DNA of 64,000 nt from Deltaproteobacteria bacterium (GTDB taxonomy: Bacteria > Desulfobacterota > Binatia > JACPRU01), in NCBI GenBank assembly GCA_016189835.1, contig JACPRU010000078.1, positions 8,275 through 72,274 of the forward strand. The letters run 5' to 3'. Shown one piece after another: positions 63,261 to 64,000 of the stretch; the stretch's first letter is position 1, and the number at the start of each line of letters is the position of its first letter. A program made the position numbers and the translations under genes. A model generated the notes under the pieces. The model saw only the letters and a list, made by a program, of their open reading frames with translations, did not search any database and was not told where the DNA came from.

Positions 63261-64000
63261 ATGCTGGAAGAGCGATACGGCGACGTGAGCATCGCCCTCG
63301 ACGGCAACGTCGCGCTGGTCGAGATACACCGGCCGCCGCACAACTTCTTCGACGTCGCGCTGACCCGCAACCTCGCCGACGCCTTCGAAGCGCTCGACGG
63401 CGAGTCCGAGTGCCGCGCCTCGGTGCTCTGCGCCGAGGGAAAATCGTTCTGCGCGGGTGCGAATTTCGGCAACCGCGAGTCCGAGCCGGTATCCGGCATC
63501 GCCAACCCGCTCTACTCGGAGGCGGTCCGGCTGTTCGCCTGCCAGAAGCCGATCGTGGCGGCGGTCCACGGCGCGGCGATCGGCGGCGGACTCGGGCTGG
63601 CGCTGGTCGCGGATTTTCGCGTGGTCTCTTCCGAGGCGCGCTTCGCGGCCAACTTCGTGAAGCTCGGCATCCATCCGGGCTTCGGTCTCACGCACACGCT
63701 GCCGCGGCTGGTGGGCGTTCAGAAGGCGGCGCTGATGTTCTACACCGGCCGGCGCATCGGCGGCGAAGAGGCGGTCGCCTGGGGCCTGGCCGACCTGTTC
63801 GCCGAGCCGAGCCGGCTGCGCGCCGCCGCCCTGGAGCTGGCGGCGGAGGTCGCCGAGGGCGCGCCGCTCGCGCTGCTCTCGATTCGCGCGACGATGCGCC
63901 GGGGGCTCGCCGAGGCGGTGCGAGCGCAGACCGATCACGAGGCGCGGGAGCAGGCCCGGCTGTTCCGCACCGAGGACCACCGCGAGGGCGTCCAGGCGGT
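63261..64000 (+). CDS. enoyl-CoA hydratase/isomerase family protein, 3' end outside window
   Basis: It is not in the ORF track because it has no stop inside the window. ATG 63261 follows GGGAGAAGG. The translation MLEERYGDVSIALDGNVALVEIHRPPHNFF...FCAGANF...AAVHGAAIGGGLGLALVADF has the crotonase motifs. Confidence 0.8.
   Translation, partial: MLEERYGDVSIALDGNVALVEIHRPPHNFFDVALTRNLADAFEALDGESECRASVLCAEGKSFCAGANFGNRESEPVSGIANPLYSEAVRLFACQKPIVAAVHGAAIGGGLGLALVADFRVVSSEARFAANFVKLGIHPGFGLTHTLPRLVGVQKAALMFYTGRRIGGEEAVAWGLADLFAEPSRLRAAALELAAEVAEGAPLALLSIRATMRRGLAEAVRAQTDHEAREQARLFRTEDHREGVQA

Overview
Very GC-rich (about 70% by eye, not computed) bacterial chromosomal segment. It is almost fully coding, with about 55 protein genes and one tRNA-Leu(UAA). 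I saw no rRNA, CRISPR, transposase, integrase or phage genes, and no transcription factor I could recognise by eye. All family names come from reading the translations; no searches were run.

Two themes dominate the gene content:
- Lipid and hydrophobic-substrate metabolism: acyl-CoA ligase, three adenylate-forming/PaaK-like proteins, thiolase, two overlapping acyl-CoA dehydrogenases, two crotonases, WS/DGAT wax-ester synthase, SDR, Zn-ADH, GMC oxidase, a cytochrome-c-fused PQQ-propeller dehydrogenase, an F420-type LLM oxidoreductase and cofD.
- Diderm envelope transport: FadL porin, two MMPL/RND-type transporters, a DUF1302 barrel, two DUF1329 LolA-like proteins, a Ycf48-like BNR lipoprotein and a GldF-GldG-type ABC system.

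Housekeeping and ion genes include parC-parE (topo IV-like), a P-type Ca-ATPase with a CaCA antiporter, a NicO Ni/Co transporter and a VKOR-DsbA fusion.

Candidates for an undescribed system, in order:
- 54.2-63.2 kb (best): a translationally coupled six-gene module. A GldFG-like ABC system plus DUF4340 is inserted inside an RND-DUF1302-DUF1329 cluster.
- 38.2-44.9 kb: a coupled operon of a GH-GT2 fusion synthase, an MsbA-like ABC exporter and two paralogous CgeB-like proteins.
- 0.6-6.4 kb: a nitroreductase-like / membrane / triple adenylating-enzyme / RidA operon.

Non-coding observations:
- A dispersed REP-like palindrome family (3 full and 2 half copies) with compensatory stem changes.
- A 94-bp tandem duplication in an intergenic region.
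- A 25-bp direct repeat pair in a divergent promoter region.
- Two in-frame 'collapsed' gene remnants (a serine hydrolase, and an IPMDH/ICDH-family gene).

Many long ORFs in the track are GC-driven antisense artefacts and were rejected.
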